From: Rhynchobatus australiae
Taxonomy: Eukaryota
Assembly (NCBI GenBank): GCA_034780895.1
Contig: JAUZTB010000070.1
Location: forward strand, 5,639,353 to 5,699,837
DNA length: 60,485 nt
Direction of reading: 5' to 3'
The notes under the pieces were generated by a model. That model saw only the letters and a program-made list of their open reading frames with translations. It made no database searches and was not told the origin of the DNA. Below are positions 39,895 to 51,757 of the stretch, one piece after another. Position 1 is the first letter of the stretch. Each line of letters opens with the position of its first letter. The translations under genes were made by a program, and so were the position numbers.

Positions 39895-40380
39895 CCAGTG
39901 TTACAAGATCTCAGAATGTTACAGGTTCTCTCAGTATTACAAGCTCTCCCGGTGTTACAGATTCTCCCACTGCTTCAGAATCAGAATCAATTTTATTGTC
40001 ACTTCCATATACACTTACAGCATGCATGGGAGTGAAATACTGTACTCCACAGATCAAGGTGCTGGCCACATTAAAGACAATAAGAGACACAAAGACAGAA
40101 AGACATTAACGACATTGGNNNNNNNNNNNNNNNNNNNNNNNNNNNNNNNNNNNNNNNNNNNNNNNNNNNNNNNNNNNNNNNNNNNNNNNNNNNNNNNNNN
40201 NNNNNNNNNNNNNNNNNNTCTCAGTGTTACAGGCCCTCACAGTGTTACAGGTTCTCTCAGTGTTACAGGTTCTCTCAGTGTTACAGGCTCTCTCAGTGTT
40301 ACAGACCCTCACAGTGTTACACATTCTCGCAGTGTTACAGGTTCTCAGTGTTACATGCTCGCTCAGTGATACAAGTTCTC
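39895..40380. repeat. 18-bp minisatellite (tctcagtgttacaggttc), interrupted by an insert and a gap
   Basis: About 9 units at 40219-40380 and about 4 degenerate units at 39895-39970. Confidence 0.9.
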
Positions 40381-40449
40381 TCGATCTCTTTCCGGCAAGC
40401 TCAGGAGATTCTGGGGGAGAGAACAGCTGAGGAAGGGGAGAACACAGTG

Positions 40450-40705
40450 ACGGAGAGGGACAGAGCAGATGGACTACAACAGGGCAGATCAGACTGGTCA
40501 GGAGAGACAATGGAGCAGACCTGACTTGTCAACAGGAGACAGTGGGGCAGATCAGACTGGTCAGCAGGGAATGGCAGAGCGGACCAGAGTAGCAACTGGG
40601 GACAGTGACTGGCAGAGTGGATCGACTAAGCAATGGAGGGGGAAGTGGATTGGGAGAGAGGCAAGAGCATGACCTGGAGCCAAGATATACAGACTGGAGA
40701 GCAAC
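40450..40705. repeat. Degenerate tandem repeat containing g(a/g)gcagatcagactgg
   Basis: Motif recurs about every 30 bp. Confidence 0.55.
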
Positions 40706-41799
40706 CGACCAATTTTTTACACATGAGAATCCTTTACGTTAGAAGGTGGTAAATGACATTTGTTTTATATCTGAAGTGTAAATGTNNNNNNNNNNNNNNN
40801 NNNNNNNNNTTGAGCTAATGGGATAGCTATATTACATTCTTCATACTTCTGTGGATTTAACAGGATTGGACATTTTCTGTGCTAATCTACAAGGAAGGTG
40901 CACACACTTTGTCCACATAGAAATCTTATGAATTTTGGAAATATTTACCAAGGAATTTGCTTGCATAATGCAGATTTTTTCAGCATTATGCAACTGAAAA
41001 TCAATTTAACCCGGAATAAAACAATGTGTGGAATCATTTCCCAGTCAAGTCAAACCATATGGGAAATCTGGCCAGCTACTTCCTGTTGTCAGTCACCTTT
41101 GACATCTCATTGGGTTTTCACCTCAGGTCACATGGGGTGACACCACTCCTCACGCAATGCCTCTTTTCCGGTGTTACAGAGGAGTCTGGACAACATTGCT
41201 CTGAGGATGCTGAGTCCAGGACTTTCCGGGACAACTTGATTCCTTAGCACTCACTGGAAGGCCTCACTGCATCAACCTGCTGACATCTAATCTGTTCGCC
41301 CTGCCCCCACTGAAGCACAGCTCGCCTCCCCACCACCCGCACTCACCAACCACTCTGCCCGCCCCCACCCCTTGCCCCACAACTGCCCCATTCAAACCTG
41401 CCGACCCTACACTCCCCGGGCCTGCTTGCCCATCTCCCCCATCCTTGACCTCCCAAGTGTTGACTTTGCTGATCTCACCTCCTTCTTGTTCTTGCTTGGA
41501 GTCAAAGCTGACGGTGGCTCAAAGTAAGAAGGGATCCTCCCTCCCTCTCCAGCCCCCACTTTCCCCCTGGAAGTTTCATTCCTTCAGCTAAACGTATCAC
41601 CCAGAGTGCAGGAAACTCTTTGCTCGGTCCTGGCTCCCTGTCCCACCTCCCTTCTCGGCTCAGGAGTAACTGCACCATCCAGCTTGCCACAAGGCCGCAC
41701 GAGGCAAGATGTGGTGGGCAGGTCCTCTGAGCACTGAGTGGGAAAGGGCACCAGAAGTTACTGGGGGAGAGGTGTTGCTTGTTCCAGTGGGGATGGAAC

Positions 41800-42440
41800 A
41801 ACCAGCAGCGAGGGAGAGGGTGGTTAGAATCTGGAGCACACTGCCCAGGTGGTGGAGACAGGTACTCTTGCAACATTTAAGAATTACTTTGGGGAGCACT
41901 TGAATTGACAGGGCATAGAAGGCACTGGACAAAGTGATGGCAAATGGGATTAGTGTAGATGGGTAATTGATGGTGTCGGATTCTTTCAGGAGTCCGAGAA
42001 TGAGTTGAAAACAACTTGGTCCTTCATAAAGTTTTATTGGAAAAGTTTAAAACAAAGAAGCAGTCACAGAGCACATGGCACTGGCTTTACTACTGGGAGA
42101 TAAGCCAAGACAAAGTGAGATAGGGCCATGGGGGGCGGGGGAGAGAGCAAGTGAGAGATTAACAAAAAAAATGACACCTTTTATACCTTATACTCCTTAG
42201 ATAACAAGAGTCCAATCAGAAAACCTATTAGACACCTGCGGCAAAACCAACAAATGAGAAAACACGTATTCACCTGATGGACAAACCAATAAGCAAAGAA
42301 GCACCCATTCCTCGTGCAGCCACTTGAGGTGCATTAAACACTATACATGTTAAAAAACTGCTTAAAACAGTTGAATCCAACAATGGTCAGCATGGATATG
42401 ATGAGCTGAAGGGCCTGTTTTTGTGCTGTGTGACTCTATG
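41800..42440 (+). mobile_element. CR1-type tail split by the solo LTR
   Basis: gcaaatgggattagtgtagatgggtaattgatgg resumes after the LTR as tcagcatgg...gaagggcctgtt. Confidence 0.75.
41974..42382 (-). mobile_element. Solo LTR, 409 bp
   Basis: TG...CA ends, terminal inverted repeat TGTCGGATTC/GAATCCAACA, 4-bp TSD ATGG, minus-strand TATAAAA (42179-42185) and AATAAA (42033-42038), CCAAT boxes. Confidence 0.85.
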
Positions 42441-42578
42441 GTGCCCTCCCTGGTTGAGTTGATGCCCCCAGTGGAAGTCTGCTGGATGAGAAAGGGGAGA
42501 CTGGGAAGAGGAAAGCTGAACCGCCGAATGGAAATTCTAATCATCAGGGACGGAGAGAGGAAAGATTTTCCTGCATAC

Positions 42579-42669
42579 CTCTTCCAGGTCCATCTCGTCA
42601 GGACTGTGCCAGGTGTTGATGAACTTGCCGCGAGATTTCTTCAGCGGGACCACCACAATGTAATAGGTT
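42579..42669 (-). CDS. PTPRS: Exon, 91 nt: [30 protein letters not shown]
   Basis: tgtgtttcag acceptor, GAG|gtatgc donor; phase 2 to 0. Confidence 0.95.
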
Positions 42670-43184
42670 CTGAAACACAAAGCATGCTCGATCACAACTC
42701 GGGAACAAAGGGCACAGGTCACACAGAGCATAGACAGACATGGTGGAGTTTGTTCTGCAGTAAACATCATTGAGCACAACAGGATAAGTCAATGCATGGG
42801 TGTCAAGAGTGCGAGAACCTCTCCTTCCCAGCGACCTCCCTGGATTGGGTTTTGGTCTATGTTCAGGTGTCACCCCAGGGACAGGGAAGCTCCAGGAATT
42901 CACTGTACCATTAATAATAGACACGAAGGACGACTCTGTAAGTAGAACTCTCTTCGAGCAGGTTTCCTTGAGTGCCTGGCCAAAAGCAGGAAGGTCTAAG
43001 ATTGATGGCGGGCTTGTGAGCAATGGGTTGATCTCATCTGTAGCTGCAGATGGCTGTGTTTCACTTCAGTCCCCCTGAGGCAAGATGGTGACAGAGGGAG
43101 GGGAGGTGGAGGGAGAGGCATGGAGAAGGGGTGAACACTAATGTGGGTGGCTATTGGTTGCTATTTCACAGCCCTATTGTGTTG

Positions 43185-43475
43185 GTATTGGTTTATTATT
43201 GTCATATGGACCGAGATACAGTGCAAAGCTTTTGTTTTGAATGCCATCCAGGCACATCATGTCATAGAGAAATACATCGAGGTAGTAAAAAGAAAAATAG
43301 TATGCAGAATACAGAAATGCAGCTACAAAGTAAGTGCAGTGCAGGTAGACGAATAAAGCGCGAAGGCCACGATGAGGTAGATTTAGGGAGATTAAGAGTT
43401 TATCTTTAGCATATGAGAGGTCTGTTCAAGAGTCTTATAGCAGAGGATAGAAGCTGTCCTTAGGTCCGGTGGTGG
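43185..43475 (-). mobile_element. 3' end of a Rex1/Babar-like LINE
   Basis: ggtttattattgtcat tail; gttcaagagtcttatagcagaggatagaagctgt matches the reverse of 38950-38990. Confidence 0.6.
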
Positions 43476-43677
43476 AAAGTTTGCAACACTTGGGTGGACA
43501 ACCAGAAACAAAGGGGAAGAGAGAGTAAATAAAAATATATGAAGACCGGAGAAAAATTAAAATGGTTTAATTACACACTTGTGTGGGAACTAAATTAATG
43601 CCCGACAATCCCAGCCCCTTGGCAAAAAGGGATGGATGTGAGAGAACTTGAACAGTTTACGTTAGGCCCTTTCTTAC

Positions 43678-43937
43678 ATGACTGGTGTCACTGTCTCCAC
43701 CTCAGGCATCCGGACCAACAGGGTCCCGTCGGGCTCCACCTTCTTGATGAAGTACGGCTTGGTGCCCAGGATGGCTGGCGCGGTGCGGGCCGATACCGTC
43801 TGCTGCAACCCACCCACCGTGTTGCCGCGGTTCGTCAGCACGAAGGAGTACTCCCTGTCCGGTTCAAGGTTGGTGATCAGCTTCTTGGTGGCTCGCCCGT
43901 CCACCTCGACCACGGACTGGCCGTTTTTATACTGGAT
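43678..43937 (-). CDS. PTPRS: Exon, 260 nt: [24 protein letters not shown]...[10 protein letters not shown](I)
   Basis: tttgcccag acceptor, AT|gtaaga donor; YSFVLTNRG and GGLQQTV motifs; phase 0 to 2. Confidence 0.95.
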
Positions 43938-44065
43938 CTGGGCAAACAAACAGAGGGGACAAAGAGGAGAAGCAAGGCCTGAGAACATGGTGATCTCAAC
44001 CCAACAATACCAAGTGAGTACAGAACTGTACCCATGCCAAAGCAGTCAGATTGTGATGCAAAAAT

Positions 44066-44785
44066 GAGTTGCTGGAGGAACTCAGTGGGTCAGGCAGCAT
44101 CTGTGGAGGGAAATGGACAGTTGACGTTTCAGGTCAAGGCCCTTCATCTGGACTAGAAAAACCCAAAATCCAGTCCAGATGTAAGGGTCTCGATCTGAAA
44201 CGTTGACTGTCCACTTCTCTCCGCAGATGTTGCCCGACCCACTGAGTTAGAACATAGAACAGTGAAGCACAGTACAGGCCCTTCAGCCCACAATGTTGTG
44301 CTGAACTAAATGAACACCTCCTCCATGATCAATCTAACCCTTCCCTCCTACAGAGCCCATAACCCTCTGTTTTTCTTTCATCCGTGTGCTTATCTAAGAG
44401 CCTCTTAAATGTCCCTATTGCATCAGCCTCTACAACCACCCCCAGCAGTGCGTTCCAGGCACCAACCACTCTCTGTGTAAAAAACCTACCTCTGTCATCT
44501 CCCCTGAACGTTCCTCCTCTGACCTTGAACGGATGGTCTCTGGTATTGGCTATTGCTGCCCTGGGGAAATGGTGCTGGCTGTCCACTCACCTATGCCCCT
44601 CATAATCTTATACGCCTCCATCAAGTCGCCTCTCATCCTGCGTCACTCCAAACAGAAAAGCCCTAGCTCAGTCAACCTATCCTCACAAGACATGTTCCTC
44701 ACATCTTCAAACTATGGAGATATGAGTTCTTCCAGCAAGTATGTCTTTTTGCACCAGATTCCAGCACCTGCAGTCTCTTGTGTGT
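44066..44785. mobile_element. Palindromic Penelope-derived element with two hammerhead-like cores, right arm interrupted by CR1
   Basis: Inverted arms 44070-44154 and 44171-44248, continuing at 44729. Confidence 0.8.
44249..44722 (-). mobile_element. CR1-type LINE 3' end with 6-bp TSD tgagtt
   Basis: FKVRGGTFRGDDRGRFFTQRVVGAWNAL...TFKRLLDKH; tgagtt at 44243-44248 and 44723-44728. Confidence 0.88.
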
Positions 44786-45129
44786 CCAGCCAAATTGTGA
44801 GATGTAATTAATAAAGGGGAAATGCCAAAGACTTTATATTCTTTCCCTAACATTGATTTTACATAGTTTACATAGTTATATGTACTTGCAGCAGTTCCCC
44901 TTCTAGAATTATGCTACAGTTTGTAGCCCTCTCATCAAGTTAGGGCTTTAAAGGTTCAGCTGCCTCCAGAAATTCCAGTGCATAATTCAAGCTAATGCTT
45001 AAAGAGAGTGCTTATGAAACACTCCGTATTAATTTTTTGTGCGAGGTGCTGGAAGTCCCAATATTTCAGATGGATCGTAACACGATTCTGTCCTGACATT
45101 ACAGTCAATTCCAAACAGTGGTGAAGGCA

Positions 45130-47580
45130 CTGTACAGGTCAGGAAATTCGACGTGCATGGAGCACTACAATAATCATGGGGAACTTTAATCTATATATGG
45201 ACCAGGAAACCAAATTAGCAGCAATGGTGTGGGGGATAAATTCATCAAGTGTACACAAGGTGGTTTCCGAGATCAGTCCATTGAGGAACCAATGTGTGAA
45301 CTGGCTATTTTAGATCTAGTATTGTGTACTGAGGAATTATTAATAATCATGAAGTTAAGGGGCTTTTAGAAATAAGTGAACTTTATATGACTGAATTTTT
45401 TAAGACTGAATGTGATTTAATTCAATCTGCAATCAGGTGTTAAAATCTAAACAAATCAAACAATGAAGATATGAGATATGGATCAGCAATGGTAGATTGG
45501 GAAACTATATGAAAAAGCATGACAGTGGGTCAGAGATGGCTAACATTTAAAGAATTAATACACAGTTTATAACAATAACATACCCCTCTAAAGTGCAAAA
45601 ATCCAATAGGAAGTATGAACTGACCACGATGAACATGAGAATTCTAGGATTGTATTAGATCGAAGGAAAAGGCTTAAAATGTTGCCACAAGCCTGCCCCA
45701 GGCCTCATCTCCTCTTCTCTGCCAGTTCCCCTTTGCCCTCAATTCCCTGATCTTTCAAAAATGTATTTACTTCCTAATCACTACCTCAATATAGAAACAC
45801 AATGACCACTTTGCACTACAATGCTTTCTTCTTTTTGTTGTTCCAGTTGTGTTGCTTCTTGTATAATTTTCAATAATTTATGTTAATTTATTTTTTTCTT
45901 GTGAACGTTGTGTACCCAAAGCTATGTCTCTTCAATAAGTTCTCTGCTTCTTCTGGGCTAGAGAATTCTTGAGATTCACCGCCTTTCTGAGAAGAGGATT
46001 GGGAAAATTGCAGAATTTAGAACAGCAGCACTGACATCAGGGTAGGGAAGGTCAAATATGAGAGCAAACATAAAAACTGATGGTAAAAGCTTCTCTGGAT
46101 ACACTAAAAGGAAAAGATAAGCAGGAGTTAATGTGGGTCCATTACAGACTACGGCAGGAAAAATGATGTAGTGAATAAGGAAATGGCAGAGATATTTTCT
46201 GCTAGTATTCATGGAGGACCTCTTGGAAGTCGTAGTGAACCACAGACCTAGAGAGAACGAGAAACTGAAAGAAATTAGCTTGCGTTAAAAAAATATTGAA
46301 CTTGAGTGATATCCAGATCTCTTTGTAATATATGTACGAACTTTGAGGCTATATACCAATTTGTATCGATTTGAAAACTAATAAAAAAGATTGAAAAATA
46401 AAAAAAATGTTGAAGAAATTAATGGGATAGAGAACAAAGAAATCTCCAGGATCCAGTGACTGGCAATTCAAAGTGTTGGAAGAGGTGGCAATTGAAATAG
46501 TGGATGCAGTGATTGGCATCTTACAAAATTGTTTTCACAAACTGCAAGATAGCAAATATTTATCCATAATTTAAAAGTTTAAGGAAGGAGGGGGAGAGAA
46601 AATGGGGAGCCATAGACCAGCCAGCCTGGCATCAGTATTGGGGAAAATGTGAGAATCTATAACTAAGTGAGACGTACTTAGAACACTTAGAATTCCAAGA
46701 ACAATACGAGGAGGCAAAGTCAACATTTATTGGTGAAAGAGAAATTTGATTGTCAAACCTTTGAGAGTTTTTTTTGCTACAACCAGCAGGATAGATAACC
46801 AGCGTTCCCAATCTATATCAGTAATATAGATGAGGAGGGTCAAGTGTGAGACATCCAGGTTAATCAATGACTGAGTGGCAGTGTGAGGTGTGAGACAGAT
46901 GTAGGGAGATTGCAAAGGGATACTGACAGACAAAGTGAAAGAGTGAGGACAAAGCAAATGGAATACAATGTGGAAAAATGTGAAGCCACCCACTTTATAA
47001 GGTGTTGGTGTTCAGAGGAACCTGGCTTTTCCTCTAGTTAACACACAAGTACAACAAACAATTGGAGAAGTCAAATTGTATGTTTTAGTGCAAGAGCCAA
47101 GCCATTTTACTGAGACTGCACCTGTAATAATGTATAGAGGTGAGTCTCCCTTCCTAAGATAGGATGTACTGGAAGATAGAAAGGGAGTGCAATGAAGGTT
47201 CACCAGATGGATTGGTGGGATGAAGGGCTTTGTCCTATGAGGAGAGATCGGGCAGACTGGATCTAGAGTTCAGAAGAATGAAAGACGATCTCACTGAAAC
47301 ATACAAAACTTTTACTGGGGATGAAGGGATGAATGCAAGGATGACGTTTCCCCTGGGTGAAGTGCCTACAACCGTGAGGATAGTGTTTTTTGGAAATTAC
47401 CACTCCAGGGCTGGTGGGGTTCAGTTGCCAACCATATTCAAGATAAAAATCAATAGATTTTTGGCAGTTAAAGGAATCAACAGTCACGGGCCACTATAGG
47501 AAAGTGGCAATGAGGTAAAAGGTCAGCCATCACTTCATTGAATAGCTGGGCAGGTACTGAGGGCCGAATGGCCAAGACCA
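45130..47580 (+). mobile_element. Long, degraded and internally deleted CR1-type LINE
   Basis: Endonuclease-like taatcatggggaactttaat, RT-like catagaccagccagcctggcatcagt, typical 3' tail; many stops and secondary inserts. Confidence 0.7.
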
Positions 47581-48104
47581 GCTTCAATCCCATGGATTCT
47601 TGTGTTCTTTTTCAACGGAAGCCTTATCCAGGAAAAGTGGGCAACAAACTTTAGATGCTATGATTCGGAACTTGAGCAGTTGGGAACTGTGGATGCTTGA
47701 ATTTCTAGTATGTGCTTTCACTGGAGAGGACTCCATACTGCAAACGTGAAGTTGATAAGTTACTCCCATTAGATCCCACGTGATTTTTTTTAAAGAACTT
47801 GCTGAGACATTGTAGTGCGTTGTGATAGGGTTGTGGCATGGTCATTGTGTGACGTGCCAATGACTACTTCAATTGTGGACCTGTTGCTGCAAACTTTCGG
47901 ACCTCCCCAGGCCTCAGGCACTACACAACTGGCGTTATCCCTTTCACTCTTCATACGGCAGAGCACCTACATGAACATGAGGGTGCCGCAACTCTCAAGA
48001 CTATGAGAGGTAAAAAGCTGGAAATGTGCCTTGCTTGAATACCTCCATTTCTGGGTGACCTGCACACAATAAATCTAATGGTCTCCATATGAGTCATGGT
48101 TTCC

Positions 48105-48570
48105 AGAAAGTAAAGAAGAATTTGCCTGCCTTAATGGCAGTGCAGCAATGTTCACCAGATTGATTCCTGGAATGAGAGGGATTACCAAATGAGACAGATT
48201 AGGTAGAATCTGCTCATGTTGTCTTGAGTTAAGAGTCACAAGTGATCTTACTGAAAAATATAAAATTCTGAATGACTTGACATGTTAGTTATTGAGGGAC
48301 AGGGACATCCAGAACAGACATTGGCAAACGAGGGGAACAGAAATTTCTTCACTCAGAGGAATGTGAATTTTTGAATTCTTTGCCCAGAGGACTCACACTT
48401 ATTTAATAAGGCCACTCATTCTTGAGATGAATAAGATTTTGGATATTAAGGATGTCAAGAGATGTGAGGTTTGGATAGAAAAGTGGAGTTTAGGTAATCG
48501 GCCATGATCTTATTGAATGATGGAGCCCTCTCAAGGGCCTGAATACCATCCTCCTGTTTCTCTGTCTTAT
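48105..48570 (+). mobile_element. Degenerate CR1-type LINE 3' end
   Basis: gttcaccagattgattcctggaatgag...ggccatgatcttattgaatgatggagc. Confidence 0.65.
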
Positions 48571-50014
48571 GATCTCATGTTCAATGTCACATGACAGACA
48601 GAAAGACATCACAGGGTTGCATTTGAAAGCAAATGACCATTACTCATTGCAAATTATGTATAAGGGTGCCTCAGTCAGATACAGAGGCAGACAGATGGAT
48701 TCTCCTGATGAACAGTGGGTGATTCTCCATTATTTATGAGATTTTACTACTGGAACAAGATCAAATTAAGGTACAACAGATTCTGGTAAGCAGCTTCATT
48801 TTTTTAGATGTATTTTCTGTAACAAAATATGCCAAAAAAGTGTAATAAAGATTCTTCCATTACTAATTCAATAGATCTATTTTGTCTAGTTTTCCTCAGT
48901 GCCCCAACTTATCAAGGATGAAAGTTTTAAACCATCCCTGAACCATCTGCTAATAGGAACAGCTTCCCTTTAATGACTCTGTCCAAACCAGTCACAATCC
49001 TTCACAGCTCTGTCAAGTCTCCTGACAACCCCAGCTTCTCCAGTCGAACATTGGTGAAATCCCTCATTCCTGTAACTGCTCTCGCAAGTCTTCCCTACTC
49101 CCATTCTAGGGTCCACACCTCCTTCTGGAAGTTCCTTCTGGACCATAAATGGATACAATACCCCAGTTGTGACCTGACCAGTGNNNNNNNNNNNNNNNNN
49201 NNNNNNNNNNNNNNNNNNNNNNNNNNNNNNNNNNNNNNNNNNNNNNNNNNNNNNNNNNNNNNNNNNNNNNNNNNNNNNNNNNNNNNNNNNNNNNNNNNNN
49301 NNNNNNNNNNNNNNNNNNNNNNNNNNNNNNNNNNNNNNNNNNNNNNNNNNNNNNNNNNNNNNNNNNNNNNNNNNNNNNNNNNNNNNNNNNNNNNNNNNNN
49401 NNNNNNNNNNNNNNNNNNNNNNNNNNNNNNNNNNNNNNNNNNNNNNNNNNNNNNNNNNNNNNNNNNNNNNNNNNNNNNNNNNNNNNNNNNNNNNNNNNNN
49501 NNNNNNNNNNNNNNNNNNNNNNNNNNNNNNNNNNNNNNNNNNNNNNNNNNNNNNNNNNNNNNNNNNNNNNNNNNNNNNNNNNNNNNNNNNNNNNNNNNNN
49601 NNNNNNNNNNNNNNNNNNNNNNNNNNNNNNNNNNNNNNNNNNNNNNNNNNNNNNNNNNNNNNNNNNNNNNNNNNNNNNNNNNNNNNNNNNNNNNNNNNNN
49701 NNNNNNNNNNNNNNNNNNNNNNNNNNNNNNNNNNNNNNNNNNNNNNNNNNNNNNNNNNNNNNNNNNNNNNNNNNNNNNNNNNNNNNNNNNNNNNNNNNNN
49801 NNNNNNNNNNNNNNNNNNNNNNNNNNNNNNNNNNNNNNNNNNNNNNNNNNNNNNNNNNNNNNNNNNNNNNNNNNNNNNNNNNNNNNNNNNNNNNNNNNNN
49901 NNNNNNNNAAAAGCTTTCCCACAACTAACTGACTATAATTGCCCAGCATGTTTTTACATCTCTTTTTGAACAATGAGTAACATTTAAGGAATTACAGCTT
50001 GGTTAAGCATCAGC

Positions 50015-50290
50015 TCAGTTTTGACTCAGCAGATTGTGAGTTCATGCCCCACTCCAGAATCTAAGCAGATGACCTAAACCACCACTTTACTCCAGCAATG
50101 AGGGAATGCTGCACTGCCATGGATATCTCTCAGCTGAAATACTAAACTGGCTCCACTTACTTTTGAAGAGAATGCTAAAGGCCTTGAGGCAGAACTTCAA
50201 AGAAGAACATACTGATTTATGTTAGCCAATAATATGGTCTCAACCCAACTTTCCCAAAAACAGATTAACTGGTCATTCACCTTGCTGAGG
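50015..50290 (+). mobile_element. Old tRNA/Deu-domain-like SINE
   Basis: gagttcatgccccactccaga...gagggaatgctgcactg...acagattaactggtcatt. Confidence 0.5.
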
Positions 50291-51596
50291 CAAATTGACT
50301 ATCATGGAGCCTAGGGACACAAGTGGACCAATCTCTCCTTAAGCTTCTTCTACTATTCAAATAGGTGACTGCTGATCCATTTTTCAAACTTGTTTACTCA
50401 CTCCATATCTTAATACAACCCTGATATCTGATATCAATCCTTTTTGTCAACTAATCTAACTCCACACCTTTTTGGGACTTTTCTAAGTTGCATACAGTTG
50501 GAACACCAAATTCACTCTCTGGAAGTTGCTGAGAGATGTGATACGCAGACATGCAAGTGCTTCTTTTCCAACATGTACGCTGTCTTGGAACTTGCTGTTA
50601 TTTCTCCGCGAGTGCTAGGAACTGTAGAATTCCCAAACCTTCTGCCCACTCTTCCCCAGGAATTTTCTGGCGGTGCTTTGACACTGGACCCCTCATGGTG
50701 TCCAGTAGCTGGGAGCAAACTTGCTGCAATTGCCCAGCATGTGTGCTGGGTAATTCACCCAATGGACCTGCGTGAACAGTGAGTCCATTCATTCGAATGA
50801 AGTGAAACAGCTGTGAGTAATAAGTTTAAATATTATGTGATTGAATTAGTTGAGTTTAGTATTTTAATCATCTTAGTTTCATTTATTTTGGATTTTAAAG
50901 TATGATTTTCTACAATTGTATCATTCACCTTTAATAGTTTTTGAATGTCAGGGATATTCAGAAATATTCATCATTTTCAAAAGCTGGCTAAGCCAAGGAG
51001 GTGAAATTTGCTGGCTGTTAAAGGCTTTTTTAACAGGTGATTCTTGGGTGCCGCTTACTCAGGCTGTCCCTGTGACATTATCGTATCTCACAAGATCCTG
51101 CCACCACACAGGGGTTCACCATTTAGTTGACACTGGAAGATCCCCATAGGTCAGCAGTGAACAATTTGCTGTTGGTGCCAAGTTATGACCCATTATTTTT
51201 CACAGCTTCATGCCACTGTTACTTAGTATACTATTGCTTACAAGACTAGATTAACATTGGTAAATAATGTCAAAACCATCTCTGCTGACCAACAGTTAAA
51301 CCAAGTACACATCAGGTTTCTAGGTTTCACAGGGTGGGACAATCCTGACCTATGATGAATTCACTGGTTCCAACCAGGTTGAAGGTTAAGATTCAGAGTC
51401 ACTTCCTGTGGTGTTCTGGTGATTGACTGAATATTGAGGATCTCTCAAGTGCTAAAGTGCTAACTCCTGATTCCAGGAGCTGTATGTGGGTAAGGACCTG
51501 TGTAGATATGGCAGCCAAGTCCTTGTGTTGAACAACCTCTTGATGCTCCATTTTAGGCTCACACATAAACAATAGCACATGCTATAGGCATGAAAA

Positions 51597-51757
51597 AAAG
51601 ATGCTGGAGGAACTCAGCGGGCCAGGCAGCATCCGTGGAGGGAAATGGACAGTCGACGTTTCGGGTTGAGACCTTCATCTGGACTGCTGTGGGAGGGAAT
51701 GGGTTTGTAGTAAATGTCGGTGGATAGTCTGTCTCCTGAGATGGAGACAGAGAGATC
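51597..51757 (-). mobile_element. Penelope-like retroelement remnant: RT fragment joined to terminal repeat with hammerhead-like motif
   Basis: DLSVSISGDRLSTDIYYKP (51701-51757) followed by CAGTC-CAGATGA-AGGTCTCAACCC-GAAACGTC-GACTG (51686-51650). Confidence 0.8.

Noticed and set aside
40219-40380. Regular short repeats suggesting CRISPR or an SVTGSL repeat protein
   Set aside because: No unique spacers, eukaryotic intron; open frames follow from the 18-bp period
43632-44067. Plus-strand ORFs overlapping exons (also 1840, 30682, 35056, 42423)
   Set aside because: Antisense shadows of real minus-strand exons
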